The translations under genes and the position numbers were made by a program. Below are positions 63,126 through 64,000 of a DNA stretch of 64,000 nt, piece after piece. Under the pieces are notes generated by a model. The model was not told the origin of the DNA. It saw only the letters and a list, made by a program, of their open reading frames with translations, and searched no databases. Source of the stretch: Lepidodermella squamata (Eukaryota; Animalia; Gastrotricha). The DNA lies in assembly GCA_047495785.1 (NCBI GenBank), contig JBLDXI010000025.1, positions 744,001-808,000 on the forward strand, given 5' to 3'. How positions within the stretch are numbered: position 1 is the first letter of the stretch; each line of letters starts with the position of its first letter.

Positions 63126-64000
63126 GATAACTGGGATTCCTACAGTCTGGGAAGTGAAATGCTGTATCAGCGGTCAGAATACCAATAATTACTGAATGCT
63201 GTTCCACTTTGGAGTTTCTCGGGTTTTTTGAGATAAGACTGAGCATTTCCTTGCATAGGAATAGTGGAGAATCCTTACGTTTGGACAAGATTAGGGAAGA
63301 ATGCAAATGCACAAACACAGAAAATAGTGTGAGTAAGCTTAAATTTATGGTTCGTGATCGACCCAATGAGCAAAATAAGTGGTTCTATTAGCAGAGAGAG
63401 GAAAGAGTATAATAGGCTTTTCATATAATTTCAGTGCACCATAGGCGAGGGATAGCTATCGAGTCCGGATACTTAGTCAACTGTTATCTGTGTTATTTGC
63501 TGCCTGTGAGGTCAAGCTCCGGGGCTCAGACTGGCACCATGAGCTGCTGATAAAACACAGCCATTTAGCCTTGTGCCTTGTTGATAAAGCATGCGAGCAT
63601 CATAACTCGGCAGCAATAAGTGCAGAGTAGAAGGGGGTGTAAGTTTAAGGTGTAAACAAAAAGTGTCAGCGCAGACAGGATGTGGTTCAAGAAAAAAAAC
63701 CGAAATTAGGTTGAAAACGCTCAAAAAGAAGACACAAAAATGGTCTTCGCAGGTATTTCATTGGGCGCATGTCAATCTTGCCAACGAAAGATTGAGCATT
63801 TTGTTGAAAACTCGCATGTCAAAACTGCTCAATTCTCACTGATAGCTAAGTATGTGGTTTGAAAATGATGTGGTGAGAGTGGCTAGCAGCCATAGCAACA
63901 TCTGTTTCAGAAATTGCTTTGCTTGATCTAGCGGCACGTGCACGTAATTGCGTCGATTGACTGACTACTCTAAAGAGCTGTTTTTTAGTGCGAGTAAATA

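Overview
Eukaryotic (animal, probably invertebrate) genomic DNA with short GT-AG introns of about 50-60 nt. Species is not assignable from sequence alone. The window is mostly small tandem families of secreted or cell-surface proteins: two 6-Cys CSab-like peptides, two secreted M13 neprilysin-like peptidases, a stand-alone PAN/apple protein and an ApoD-like lipocalin. Three paralogues encode a PAN/C-type-lectin/kringle protein whose first C-type lectin domain appears split around a PAN-PAN-CTLD-kringle insert. Two paralogues encode a LamG + 3x L-type-lectin + mucin + SEA-like membrane receptor. Single-copy genes are a MARCH-type RING-CH E3 ligase, a nearly tail-less class C (GABA-B-like) GPCR, a DUF1295 membrane protein and a GH35 beta-galactosidase. 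An intact 4.8-kb two-ORF LINE sits in exon 3 of one lectin-kringle paralogue. Many non-autonomous elements have readable TIRs/TSDs (hAT-, Harbinger-, Tc1/mariner- and MULE-like), plus a tRNA-derived SINE, a 506-bp fold-back with tRNA A/B boxes in both arms, and strand-asymmetric G.A-rich hairpins. Gene models were spliced and translated by hand; no database searches were run.
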